From an uncultured Bacilli bacterium (GTDB lineage: Bacteria; Bacillota_I; Bacilli_A; RF39; UBA660), in contig CANQQV010000001.1 in NCBI GenBank assembly GCA_947626095.1, positions 64,001 to 128,000 of the forward strand: DNA of 64,000 nt. Reading direction: 5' to 3'. Positions 19,720-31,481 of this stretch are shown here, one piece after another; the first letter of the stretch is position 1, and each line of letters opens with the position of its first letter. Both the position numbers and the translations under genes were made by a program. The notes beneath the pieces were generated by a model. That model searched no databases. It had not been told where the DNA came from and saw nothing but the letters and a program-made list of their open reading frames with translations.

Positions 19720-20748
19720 ATGATGAATTGTGTTTCTTTAAAAGGTCTTAAACAATTTGAAGTAAAAAAAATAAACGAACCAAAATCTGTTAATGGTTCA
19801 GTTGTTATTGATGTTAAAAAATCCGGTATTTGTGGTTCAGATATTCACTATTGGGTAGCAGGTGCTCCCGAAGGTTTAGTAATGGGCCATGAATTTTGTG
19901 GTACAGTTATAAATCCTGGCAGTCGTGATGATATTAAAATAGGTGATCGTGTAACTGCTCTACCTATTTCACCTTGTGGTCATTGCCCAGCTTGTCTAAG
20001 TGGTAATCCTCAGTATTGCCCAGATACATGGACATATGCTGTCGGTTTATCTCTAACTAATCCTGGGGCTTATGCTGAAAAAACATCTGTCCGCCCTGAT
20101 TTAGTTATTAAAGTCCCAAGTAATATTACTGATGCTGAAGGTGCCATGGTTGAACCAACTGCAGTTGGCTTACATGCCGTAAACCTAGCTGATATTAAAA
20201 TCGGTTCTAAAGTCTTAGTAATCGGTGCTGGTATCATTGGTGATATATGTGCTATGTTTGCTAAAATGAATGGTGCCTCTTATGTAGCTGTTAGTGAAAC
20301 CAACATTGCTCGTGGTGAAAAAGCCGTTAGCTTAAAATGTGCTGATGAATTCTTCAATGCTAAAGATCCTGAATTTATGACTAAAGCTCGTAAAAATTGT
20401 CCATATGGATACGACTATGTCTTTGATTGCTCAGGTAACTCAGCAGCTGTTAGTACAGCTTTAGCTATGGCTAAACCAAATGGTACAGTTGTTATGGTTG
20501 GTGTCTCAATGGATAGCATTACTATTCCATCAGTTCTAATCGTTATGCACGAATTAAAAGTATATGGTGCAATTGGTTATACAGTTGAAGAATTTAAAGA
20601 ATGCGTTGATTTAATGTCTACAAGAAAAATTGATATGTTAAAATTCGTTGATGACATTGTTGGTCTAGATGGTGTTCAACATGCTTATGAAAGATTAACA
20701 TCTGGTACTGATGATGCTATCAAAATCTTAATTGAACCACAAAAATAA
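19720..20748 (+). CDS. Zinc-dependent alcohol/polyol dehydrogenase (MDR; butanediol/sorbitol dehydrogenase-like)
   Basis: GICGSDIH, GHE, structural-zinc CGHCPACLSG..C, GAGIIG NAD-binding motif. Confidence 0.9.
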   Translation: MMNCVSLKGLKQFEVKKINEPKSVNGSVVIDVKKSGICGSDIHYWVAGAPEGLVMGHEFCGTVINPGSRDDIKIGDRVTALPISPCGHCPACLSGNPQYCPDTWTYAVGLSLTNPGAYAEKTSVRPDLVIKVPSNITDAEGAMVEPTAVGLHAVNLADIKIGSKVLVIGAGIIGDICAMFAKMNGASYVAVSETNIARGEKAVSLKCADEFFNAKDPEFMTKARKNCPYGYDYVFDCSGNSAAVSTALAMAKPNGTVVMVGVSMDSITIPSVLIVMHELKVYGAIGYTVEEFKECVDLMSTRKIDMLKFVDDIVGLDGVQHAYERLTSGTDDAIKILIEPQK

Positions 20749-20824
20749 TGCTTAAAAAGCATTGTTTTTTAATTGTTTAAATAATATAAATAAGATATAA
20801 TTTTATTATTATAGGGTGGTTTAA

Positions 20825-21781
20825 ATGGAAAAAAATAAAGAAAAGTTAGAATATCAAAGAAAAAAATTTATGAATAGATATACTATCGAAAAATTAAAAA
20901 ACAATCCTGCCAAAAAAAGAGTAATAGCTATCATGTTAGATTTACAAGGTACTATTGACGATATGACTGATGAAACAACTCAAATATTTATGGAACAATT
21001 AACTAAACTAAAAACCAAATTTAACGTTCATCAAGTTTTATTAAATATCTCTACTCATACCGATCTACCATCACCTACTTTAGACAAATATATGTCTATT
21101 CTTGCTAACAATCTTAAACCTCATATTATTTTAGATGAGGCAACTTACTTATTCGGTACATATAACTTTTATACCAAAGAATGCAATCCCCTACCTAATC
21201 AGCAAAATAACTATAACAAAACTGAAGTTTTTGAATCGCGATACTTAGATAATCCTCAATACGATGTTATTTGGTTTGGACTAGTTGATGACTACTTAAA
21301 CCCCAATTACTTTCGTAAATTTCAAAACCATCGCTTAATGGCCGAGTTTATACCTTCCCTACATGATGAAAATAATAAAAAATATGATAACTTAATGAGT
21401 ATTAGTAGTTTAACTCCTGGTTTCTTAGGTGTTATTGAATGTTTCGCTACATATTTAAATTACATAAAGGACATGACATCTAATAGTATAGCTGAAACTC
21501 AAAAAGCTCTTATTCCTTATTTAAACGATTCTGATATCAAATTTCTAATCTACAACCATCGTTATCATGACATCATCAAATATCTAAAAAGCCATAAAAT
21601 AAATATCGAAGATTACCAAGTTATCATCCGTGAACTTCATTTAACTTTAGAAATACTTGAATTAACTAGTGAAGAATTATCATCAATTAAAGAAATATAT
21701 AAATTAGTAGTCCCTCATCTTAATCCAGATAATAAACACCTCCTAGCTCTCAAAAAATTAACTGAAACAATTCCTCTATAA
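20825..21781 (+). CDS. Hypothetical protein with HAD-like N-terminal motif
   Basis: IAIMLDLQGTID resembles HAD motif I (DxDGT); later ST, K and GLVDD resemble motifs II-IV. Confidence 0.45.
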   Translation: MEKNKEKLEYQRKKFMNRYTIEKLKNNPAKKRVIAIMLDLQGTIDDMTDETTQIFMEQLTKLKTKFNVHQVLLNISTHTDLPSPTLDKYMSILANNLKPHIILDEATYLFGTYNFYTKECNPLPNQQNNYNKTEVFESRYLDNPQYDVIWFGLVDDYLNPNYFRKFQNHRLMAEFIPSLHDENNKKYDNLMSISSLTPGFLGVIECFATYLNYIKDMTSNSIAETQKALIPYLNDSDIKFLIYNHRYHDIIKYLKSHKINIEDYQVIIRELHLTLEILELTSEELSSIKEIYKLVVPHLNPDNKHLLALKKLTETIPL

Positions 21782-21799
21782 TTGTTTCTTTTTTATTAA

Positions 21800-23104
<1,305 letters not shown>

Positions 23105-23254
23105 TAAGGACTAGATAACTAGTCTTTTTTACTTGTTAATAAATAATAAGTTGTAAACAACTAGAATAAAATGTTATAATCAAGTCTGTATTTACTAGAA
23201 GTTTTTAACTTTTTATGTTAATCTAACTAATTAGAGATTCATGGGGGTGAAAAA

Positions 23255-25096
23255 ATGAAGCAGCTAGATAAAATAAATAATTTAAATGATCTAAAAAAAT
23301 TAGATTTAACTGCCAAAAAAGAACTAGCTAACGAAATAAGAGAATTCTTAATTGAAAAAGTTTCCCAAAATGGTGGTCATCTAGCTTCTAATTTAGGTAT
23401 CGTTGAACTAACGGTAAGCCTTTGTGATGTCTTTGACTTTAATGAAGATAAAATTGTCTTTGATGTGGGTCATCAAAGTTATGTCTATAAAATATTAACT
23501 GGTCGTAAAGACAAATTTGATACATTACGAAAATATAAAGGTTTAAGAGGATTCCCATATAAAAAGGAAAGTCCTTATGATTACTTTGAAACTGGCCATA
23601 GTAGTACATCTATTAGTGCTACTATTGGTATGGCTAGAGCTCGTGACTTACAACATAAAGATTATAATATTATAGCTGTCATTGGTGATGGTGCTATTGC
23701 TAGTGGCATGGCTTTTGAAGCTATTAACGATATTGGTTACAATAAAACAAAATTAATTATTATTTTAAATGATAACGGTATGAGTATATCTTCTAATGTC
23801 GGTGGTTTATCAAGTTATTTAAGCCGATTAAGTTTAAATGAACGTTATATAAAACTTAAAAATAAAATTAAATACTGCTTAGACGATACAAAAATAGGTA
23901 CAATTTCCTTTAATTTATTATCACGTATTAAAGATGGTATTAGAAAAACTCTAGTTCCTTCTAAATACTTTGAAGATATGGGCTTAACTTATATTGGTCC
24001 TATTGATGGTCATAATATTAAAGAAATAGAAAAAGTTTTAAAAAGAGCTAAAAAGATTGATGGCCCAGTTATTATTCATACCGTTACCAAAAAAGGTAAA
24101 GGCTATCAATTTGCCGAAGAAAACCCAGAAAAATATCACGGAGTATCATCATTCAATAAAGAATATGGTGTTTTATCAAGTGGTAAAAAAACATATTCAG
24201 CAGCTTTTGGTCGTGCCTTAACTACAATTGCTTCCCACAATAAAAAAGTTGTCGCTATCACTGCCGCTATGCAAGATGGTGTTGGCTTAGAGAAATTCGC
24301 TAAGAAATATCCTGACCGTTACTTTGACGTCGGCATTTCTGAAGAACATGCTGTTACTCTTGCTGCTGGTATGTCAGTATCAAATATCAAACCAGTCTTT
24401 GCTGTCTACTCTACTTTTTTACAACGTGGTTTCGACCAAATTGTACATGATGTTTGTATGCAAAATTCACCAGTTGTTTTTGCTATTGATCGTGCAGGTC
24501 TTGTTGGTAGTGATGGCGAAACTCACCAAGGTATTTTAGATCTATCATATTTATCTATCATCCCTAACATGACTATCATCTCCCCTAAATGTATATCAGA
24601 ATTAGAAATACTTTTAAAATGGGCAGTCAAACAAAAATTTCCTATAGCTCTTCGTTATCCGCGTGGTGGCGACTACTTAGAAATGAAACCATTAAAAGAA
24701 ATCAAATATGGTAAATGGGAATATATTACTAAAGGTCGTAACTTAACTATTATTGCCACAGGTAAAATGGTCCAAAAAGCCTGTCAAATAATCTCTGAAT
24801 ATGATTTAGATATAACCCTTATAAATGCCACTTTTATTAAACCATTAGATATCGATGCTTTAAAAAAGATTGTCAAAGATAATGACAACGTTTTAACATT
24901 AGAAGATAACCTTATTAATGGTGGTCTAGGTCATAACATTTTACTAGCTTTAAATAATCTTAATTACCAAGGTCAAATTAAAATATTAGGTTTTAATGAT
25001 AAATTCATTGAACAAGGCAGTATCGAAGAACTATATACTCAAGAGCAATTAGATAATCCTTCTATTAAAGAAGAAATAGATAAACTATTAAAATAG
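23255..25096 (+). CDS. dxs: 1-deoxy-D-xylulose-5-phosphate synthase
   Basis: GGHLASNLG, DVGHQ, GHSSTSIS, GDGA, DRAGLVGSDGETHQG, RYPRG motifs. Confidence 0.97.
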   Translation: MKQLDKINNLNDLKKLDLTAKKELANEIREFLIEKVSQNGGHLASNLGIVELTVSLCDVFDFNEDKIVFDVGHQSYVYKILTGRKDKFDTLRKYKGLRGFPYKKESPYDYFETGHSSTSISATIGMARARDLQHKDYNIIAVIGDGAIASGMAFEAINDIGYNKTKLIIILNDNGMSISSNVGGLSSYLSRLSLNERYIKLKNKIKYCLDDTKIGTISFNLLSRIKDGIRKTLVPSKYFEDMGLTYIGPIDGHNIKEIEKVLKRAKKIDGPVIIHTVTKKGKGYQFAEENPEKYHGVSSFNKEYGVLSSGKKTYSAAFGRALTTIASHNKKVVAITAAMQDGVGLEKFAKKYPDRYFDVGISEEHAVTLAAGMSVSNIKPVFAVYSTFLQRGFDQIVHDVCMQNSPVVFAIDRAGLVGSDGETHQGILDLSYLSIIPNMTIISPKCISELEILLKWAVKQKFPIALRYPRGGDYLEMKPLKEIKYGKWEYITKGRNLTIIATGKMVQKACQIISEYDLDITLINATFIKPLDIDALKKIVKDNDNVLTLEDNLINGGLGHNILLALNNLNYQGQIKILGFNDKFIEQGSIEELYTQEQLDNPSIKEEIDKLLK

Positions 25097-25173
25097 GAAC
25101 TTATTGTCAAGATAAGTCCTTTTTTAATGAAATTAATTCTCTAATTAGCTATAATTACATTATAGGTGAAAAT

Positions 25174-25809
25174 ATGAAAAATAAAGTTGAACGAAAATTA
25201 AAAGATGATGGTACATATGTAGAAATAAAAACAACTACTATCACTCCAGAAGATGGTTTCATACCAAACGAAAATAATCCCAAAAACTATATGAAAGGTT
25301 ATAAAACAAATAAAACTATCGAAACCAGTGATCCACGAATTGTTAAACCATTCTTATATGGTATGTGTACTATCTTTTATATTATTGGTATTATATTAAT
25401 AATCTTCAAATTTTATCTTATGGGAATATATTTCTTTATCATTAATACTATTACTTTAATTTCTATGTTAAAAGACATAAAAAAGAATGAAAGAGAACTA
25501 CTACAAAACCCAACTTATAATCCTAATGATAAAGAAGTATTAAAAGAATTTAATCAAACTATCAAAAACGAAATGAAAGAAGTTTCAACTACTACTTTTA
25601 CTAAAGAAAACTTTAAATGGTTTGTTAAAACCTCTATCCCCTTCTATGTCATTATAACTTTAATTACCAGCATCATAATAAGTATTGTTGTAGGTGTTAT
25701 ATCATCATCCATTCTTTATGGTATATTAACTTTCTTTGGCTTAATAATTCTCTTTATTATCATTGCTATTATTTATTTTGCTTTAGTATCTTTGCTATTT
25801 AAACATTAA
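25174..25809 (+). CDS. Membrane protein, hypothetical (4 TM)
   Basis: Two pairs of hydrophobic helices. Confidence 0.6.
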   Translation: MKNKVERKLKDDGTYVEIKTTTITPEDGFIPNENNPKNYMKGYKTNKTIETSDPRIVKPFLYGMCTIFYIIGIILIIFKFYLMGIYFFIINTITLISMLKDIKKNERELLQNPTYNPNDKEVLKEFNQTIKNEMKEVSTTTFTKENFKWFVKTSIPFYVIITLITSIIISIVVGVISSSILYGILTFFGLIILFIIIAIIYFALVSLLFKH

Positions 25810-25810
25810 T

Positions 25811-25840
25811 AAAACTTGAGTATTTAAACTCAAGTTTTTT
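25811..25840. terminator. Bidirectional terminator
   Basis: aaaacttgagt-attta-aactcaagtttt between convergent genes. Confidence 0.7.
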
Positions 25841-26141
25841 ATTCATCAACTACTACTTGGTATTCATCTTTATATATAATATTATTAACTTCCATATATA
25901 CTTTAATTTTAATTAAATCTTTATCTAAGTATTTATTTATAATAGGTAACGTCTTATCTCTAAAGTATTCATAACCCTTCTCCGTAAAATAAGATCTATT
26001 ATTACTAGCATAAGAAGGCGGTTTAGGCAACCAAGTAAATTCTTGTTTATTTAATAGTTCTAACCAAACATCTTTACCTACCATCTTTTTTAATTCATTA
26101 TATATTCCTTTATTATTATAAGTAACACGATAAAAACTCAT
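25839..26141 (-). CDS. Hypothetical protein
   Basis: 100-aa ORF, last gene of a minus-strand operon; WLPKP...SYFTEKG...YKDEYQVV. Confidence 0.6.
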   Translation of the reverse strand: MSFYRVTYNNKGIYNELKKMVGKDVWLELLNKQEFTWLPKPPSYASNNRSYFTEKGYEYFRDKTLPIINKYLDKDLIKIKVYMEVNNIIYKDEYQVVVDE

Positions 26142-26145
26142 CTAA

Positions 26146-27393
26146 TCAACCTTTTAAAAAATTTTGTACATTAATATTTAAGTCTTTCGCATAACTAGAA
26201 TAATTACCCACATACTTAGCACTATTAATTATTTCAGCAACCTTACTAAGTACCGTTACATCACGAATACTTCCTTTGAAAATAATAGTCGTATGCATTG
26301 TAAATTCTTGTTTACTAGGAATAGCACTGATTACAATATAACCAATATACTCTGAATCAGATACATCATACACTAACATATCAACTCCTGAGTAATATGT
26401 ACTACGGAAATTTGTTAAAGTAACTCCTTCTTGATTATATGAACTAGGATCTTGTAAAAGTTGTGTTTTAACAGATTGATAAGGACTTTCAATAGGTGTC
26501 AATAAAACAGCATATGAACTATCTGATGGTGTAACAATTAATCCTTCCGTACTTTCAGTATAATTAAAACCATCTAATTTATCATAAGTAAATCCACTAT
26601 TAGTAATAGTACTAGTCTGATTATTATTATTGTTATTAGTATTGTTGTTATTATTGTTATTATTAATAGCTATATTATTATCTGAATCATCTTCATAATC
26701 ATTTGTATTCTTATATTTCTTTTCTTCTACTTTATTATCGTCTTTTGGTACAGATAAAACAACATAAGTAACTCCACCACCAATAGCTGCAATAAATAAA
26801 ATAATTACTAATATTAATAAAACAGGACTACTCTTTTTAGGAGTTTGATAAACTGGTTGACTATAATACTGTGCATTAGGTTGATTATAATACTGATTAT
26901 TCATAACATTATTTTGATAACCAGTATAAGGCTGTTGATAACCATTATTATAATTACCCATATTATTAACAGTTTGATTATTATTTACTGGATAAGTATT
27001 ATTAACAACATTCTGATTATAAACTTGCCCACTATTAGGATAAGTATTACTTAATGGTGTAGTACTAGCAACCTGAGTACTATCAGTATAAGTATTATTC
27101 ACTGGAGTAGTACTAGCAACTGGAGTATTACCAGCATAAGTATTATTCACTAGGGTAGTACTAGCAACTGGAGTATTACCAGCATAAGTATTATTCACTG
27201 GCATAGCACTAGCAACAGGAGTATTGTCAGCATAAGTATTATTCACTGGCGTAGTACTAGCAGCTGAAGTATTATCAGTATAAGTATTATTTACTGGATT
27301 GGTACTAGCAACTGGAGTATTATCAGTATAAGTATTATTTACTTGATTAGTACCATAATTCTGAGCATTATTTTGATTTTGTTCATTATTCAT
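26146..27393 (-). CDS. Single-pass membrane protein with N-terminal 16-aa tandem repeats
   Basis: N/T-rich repeat region, TM helix, extracellular domain. Confidence 0.7.
   Translation of the reverse strand: MNNEQNQNNAQNYGTNQVNNTYTDNTPVASTNPVNNTYTDNTSAASTTPVNNTYADNTPVASAMPVNNTYAGNTPVASTTLVNNTYAGNTPVASTTPVNNTYTDSTQVASTTPLSNTYPNSGQVYNQNVVNNTYPVNNNQTVNNMGNYNNGYQQPYTGYQNNVMNNQYYNQPNAQYYSQPVYQTPKKSSPVLLILVIILFIAAIGGGVTYVVLSVPKDDNKVEEKKYKNTNDYEDDSDNNIAINNNNNNNNTNNNNNNQTSTITNSGFTYDKLDGFNYTESTEGLIVTPSDSSYAVLLTPIESPYQSVKTQLLQDPSSYNQEGVTLTNFRSTYYSGVDMLVYDVSDSEYIGYIVISAIPSKQEFTMHTTIIFKGSIRDVTVLSKVAEIINSAKYVGNYSSYAKDLNINVQNFLKG
27055..27342 (-). repeat. Six tandem 48-bp coding repeats (VNNTYxxNTPVASTxP)
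   Basis: Direct inspection: taagtattattcactgg...agtactagcaac recurs every 48 bp. Confidence 0.9.
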
Positions 27394-27411
27394 ATTACTT
27401 TCCTCCCTATA

Positions 27412-29388
27412 TTACATTTTTACTAATTTAGAAAAGTAACTATTATTAGTTGTATCATATATTTGGAAAACACAGTAATAATCAGCACCATCATCAAGTT
27501 TATCTATTCTAAGATCTAATGCTTCAACTTCACTTTCAATACCTTCAAAAATTCCATTACTTTCCCAATCAGTTGTGTAATTACCATTTTTATCTAATAT
27601 TTTATATTTACTACTACCAAAAACAATATGTGTATACTTATTAATATCAACTGCCACCGTATTAGGTAAATCTTCATCATCACTAATTAATAAGAGTTTA
27701 GAAATACCTATTTTCTGTGTTTCTTTATTATATACTAATGTCATCATAGCACTATCAATTAACCACTTAGAAATATCTTCATCAGAGAAATTCTCTAAAA
27801 TAACAGCTGTTTGATATTCAATATATTTATCATTATTTTCAGTTTCACTTAGATGAAGTTGATCTTCAATATGGTTACCATCTTTATCTTCACCAACTAT
27901 TTTTAACTGTCTATCCTTTATATTAGCCGTTAATGTATTACCATTTAACTTTACTTCTTTACCACGATAAATAGGTGTAAAATAACCATCTTTCTCGGCT
28001 TTAAATACAATATATTGTGCACTAGCAAATCCTTCTAATTGTTCATCAGTAAGTTGTAAAGTAAAATCAGGTTCACTAGAATTCTTATCAATCTTAACAT
28101 CATTCTGCGCAAAAGAGAAATTATAAGATGTACTAGTTTGAATAGAATTAAATCTCTTAATAAATGAATAATAATCTTCTAAATCATCAAAAGATTGATA
28201 TATCTTCAAAAATGCTTCTTTTTCAGCACTACTACCTTGATAAGGAAAATAAATACTCAAACCACGTGATTTATTATTCGTTGCAAAATTGTATAAAACT
28301 GTATTTTCAAAATTATTTAATACCTTATCAGCTTTTGCACTAGAATAACTTTTTAAACTATCAACTAAATTATAAAGATCAACCATATCATAAGCTTTTT
28401 CCGTATCACCATATTGATATAAACCATTTCTTACTCTGGCTATATCATTATAATTTTTTGAAACATCAATGTCCTCAAAGAAATCATTAACACTATCAAT
28501 TAAATTATCAACATTACTTAAATCAATTATTGAATATGTAGAATATAATGAAGGTGTATTACCTGTATATGAAAAATATAAATTTTTATAGTTACCTATT
28601 AAACCTTTATAAGAATCAATAAACTTTAAAGCCATATCATAAGAGGTATCTTCTTGTTTAATCTTATTTATAAATTCTAAAGGAGAATCCATTGTATTAC
28701 CAATTGTTACTTCCTCAGATGCTACTAAATAATCTGCATAATCACCTAACATTGAAGCAACTTCTAAATTACCATTTAAACATGTTCTAAATATTATTGT
28801 CTCCAATTTATTATTCTTATTAAAAGGTGAACCAGACAAACCTTTATTTATTTCATACAAAGATAAAAAATCATTAGCTAGTTCATCATGTTCAGAACCT
28901 AATATTGCTGAACCATGATCCCAAAACATTAAATTATATTTATCTGTTTTATAATTCTCATAAACATAATCTAAGAAGTTACTTAATACTTTAGGTTCCC
29001 CCATATTTTGAATATTTTGTTTTTTAACTTTTTCAAAGCCACCTTTTTTTAATTCATAAATAGATGTTTCATCAACATCAACATAATCATTATTCCATTG
29101 CTTACTACCACCAGCAATTAAAACAACCTTTGTATCTTCAGCACTTGTTTTTTTATAATCTATTGTACTTAAATCAAATGAAGCAATTCCATTACTAGAT
29201 TCCAAGTCTGCTCCTACCATATAGATCATTATTGTTCTAGAACCTGGTTTGGAATTATCAGTTACATCCTTATCTTGCATTTTATTAAGAATTAAACCGC
29301 CTTCAACCACTATTACAACAATTAAAATAACTACTAATATAATATATAATACATTTTTATTAGATTTTTTTTGCTCAGTACCATTCAT
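27412..29388 (-). CDS. Membrane-anchored clostripain-family (C11) cysteine peptidase
   Basis: TIMIYMVGADLES, WDHG (catalytic His), FRTCL (catalytic Cys), YLVASEE, GLSIYFP. Confidence 0.9.
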   Translation of the reverse strand: MNGTEQKKSNKNVLYIILVVILIVVIVVEGGLILNKMQDKDVTDNSKPGSRTIMIYMVGADLESSNGIASFDLSTIDYKKTSAEDTKVVLIAGGSKQWNNDYVDVDETSIYELKKGGFEKVKKQNIQNMGEPKVLSNFLDYVYENYKTDKYNLMFWDHGSAILGSEHDELANDFLSLYEINKGLSGSPFNKNNKLETIIFRTCLNGNLEVASMLGDYADYLVASEEVTIGNTMDSPLEFINKIKQEDTSYDMALKFIDSYKGLIGNYKNLYFSYTGNTPSLYSTYSIIDLSNVDNLIDSVNDFFEDIDVSKNYNDIARVRNGLYQYGDTEKAYDMVDLYNLVDSLKSYSSAKADKVLNNFENTVLYNFATNNKSRGLSIYFPYQGSSAEKEAFLKIYQSFDDLEDYYSFIKRFNSIQTSTSYNFSFAQNDVKIDKNSSEPDFTLQLTDEQLEGFASAQYIVFKAEKDGYFTPIYRGKEVKLNGNTLTANIKDRQLKIVGEDKDGNHIEDQLHLSETENNDKYIEYQTAVILENFSDEDISKWLIDSAMMTLVYNKETQKIGISKLLLISDDEDLPNTVAVDINKYTHIVFGSSKYKILDKNGNYTTDWESNGIFEGIESEVEALDLRIDKLDDGADYYCVFQIYDTTNNSYFSKLVKM

Positions 29389-29503
29389 AAGTCAACACCT
29401 CTATTCTAAGTATATCAAATTCACTTCTAAAAAACTATTTATTTTAAATTATTTATTGTTATAATGTTTAATAATTATCAAATACTAATAATAGGTGATT
29501 ATT

Positions 29504-30181
29504 ATGGAAACTTTAAAACGTTCACTTATTATGTTCTTTATTCTTTTTATAATAGTTAAATTACTCGGTAAAAAACAAATTAAAAGTTTTACTTTATACG
29601 ACTATATCTTAAGTATTACTATTGGTTCTATAACAGCAGATACAATAATTAGTACTGATACACCACTATTAGATGGTATTATTGCTCTATCTATCTTTGG
29701 TATTATTGGCATAATACTATCTCTAGTTACTAGTCATAATCATTCTGCTGAAGAAATAGTTGATGGTGAGCCATTAGTATTATTTGAAAATGATAACTTT
29801 AATTACGAAAATCTAGAAACCGCCAAAATAAGTATTGCTAAGTTATTAGAACATTGTCGTTTAAAAAATTGTTTTGATATTAATGAACTAGGTTGTGCTA
29901 TTCTAGAACCATCTAGTGATATCTCTATTCTTTTAAAAGAAAACTATCAATCAATCACTAGTAATGACTTAAAACAAGATATTCAAAAAAATACTAAGAA
30001 ACAAACTTATAACTATGAAATAATTGTTGATGTTGCTCTTAATGAATCAGAACTTAAAAAAGCTAAAAAAAGTAAAGTATGGTTAAATACCTATTTAAAA
30101 GATATTAATAAAAATATCGAAGATATCAGTTTATTATCAATAGATAAAAATGACAAAGTAACAACCTTTTACCGAATTTAA
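29504..30181 (+). CDS. DUF421 / YetF-family membrane protein
   Basis: KLLGKKQI...YDYILSITIGSI, GEPLVL, AILEPSSDISIL motifs. Confidence 0.9.
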   Translation: METLKRSLIMFFILFIIVKLLGKKQIKSFTLYDYILSITIGSITADTIISTDTPLLDGIIALSIFGIIGIILSLVTSHNHSAEEIVDGEPLVLFENDNFNYENLETAKISIAKLLEHCRLKNCFDINELGCAILEPSSDISILLKENYQSITSNDLKQDIQKNTKKQTYNYEIIVDVALNESELKKAKKSKVWLNTYLKDINKNIEDISLLSIDKNDKVTTFYRI

Positions 30182-30200
30182 AAAGACCAATAGGTCTTTT

Positions 30201-31397
30201 TTATAATTCTAAAATATATTTTTTATATAATTCAGCAACTCTTAAGGCTTGCTCTTCTTCATCGTCAGTACGTTCTTCACCCATTAATGAATTATTACGA
30301 TATGATAATATCTTATAGATTTCATCATTACGATCAAATCTAATATCTACATTTTTATGTATTCCATTACTAAGTAAAACATTATTAGACATATGACTAT
30401 ATATTTGCAAATCTCCTAAATCTCTATGATAACTAAAACTTTTATCAAAATAGTTAATTTTTAAATATTCATTATCGCCAAGCTTTTTCAGTAATCCACC
30501 ATTACATATACCATCATTATTTAGCTCTTCCGTAAATCCTTCTTTTATCAATCTATTATAATAAGCTTCTGAATTTTTATATGTTTCAAGATCTATTACT
30601 GGACTACTTCCTTCAGACATTACTCCATCGCTCTTCTTATTTACAAACTTATCATTGCTTAGAATCTTTTCCATTTTTATATTCATTTTTTCTAGAACTA
30701 ACTCTTTATCTTTGTTATATAATATAAATAAATAAAGATTAGAAACACCATTCTTATTATCTATTTTATCTAATTCTTCATCATAACCATAACTTTCCGA
30801 AAGGATTCGTATATTATTATATAACTCAATATCACTAAATGAATCACCTGAATGTCCTTCAATTAATTTATAATCATCCTTTTCTTTTACAGCTATAATT
30901 ATACTTTTAATGTTACTATAATCAACGGTATCACTTCTTAAATCGCCAATATCTAATATCGTATTAATATTTGATTTAACAAACATCCCACGCTTAATTG
31001 TGAAATTTTCACTTTGACCTTCTAATGAATAAATATTTATCTTTTTATAAGAATTAATAAAATATCCAAGCAGAAAAAGAACTAATACGAATAAACAAAT
31101 TATTACCATTTTAACTTTTTCTTGTTTCTTATCCATTTGGGCCTTATAAGCTAGATACTCTCCTAAAATATCATTGCTTTTATTTTTAGTCTTACTACCT
31201 CTTAATAATTCATCAGTTGTTATATCTAAAGTACGACATAAATTTCCAAAATAAGAATAATCTGGTAAACCTCTACCATTCTCCCATTTACTAATTGTTT
31301 TATCGCTACATCCTATCTTATCCGCTAATTCTTGTTGAGTAAGTCCTTTTTCTTTACGACATTGCGCGATAAACTTCCCAATTTGTATTTGATCCAT
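30201..31397 (-). CDS. XRE-family HTH regulator with TM helix and extracellular domain
   Basis: MDQIQIGKFIAQCRKEKGLTQQELA...ISKWENG HTH, TM and ectodomain; paralogous to 8651-9769. Confidence 0.85.
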   Translation of the reverse strand: MDQIQIGKFIAQCRKEKGLTQQELADKIGCSDKTISKWENGRGLPDYSYFGNLCRTLDITTDELLRGSKTKNKSNDILGEYLAYKAQMDKKQEKVKMVIICLFVLVLFLLGYFINSYKKINIYSLEGQSENFTIKRGMFVKSNINTILDIGDLRSDTVDYSNIKSIIIAVKEKDDYKLIEGHSGDSFSDIELYNNIRILSESYGYDEELDKIDNKNGVSNLYLFILYNKDKELVLEKMNIKMEKILSNDKFVNKKSDGVMSEGSSPVIDLETYKNSEAYYNRLIKEGFTEELNNDGICNGGLLKKLGDNEYLKINYFDKSFSYHRDLGDLQIYSHMSNNVLLSNGIHKNVDIRFDRNDEIYKILSYRNNSLMGEERTDDEEEQALRVAELYKKYILEL

Positions 31398-31481
31398 AAT
31401 TATTCTCCTCTTTGAAATTTATTATACTAAAAATAATCTATAATGTATCTCTACGAACTGTATACATTACAAATAATTAAG

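Noticed and set aside
27055-27342. CRISPR array (also considered for the 39221-40743 repeats)
   Set aside because: The repeats are in-frame coding tandem units without unique spacers, and there are no cas genes.
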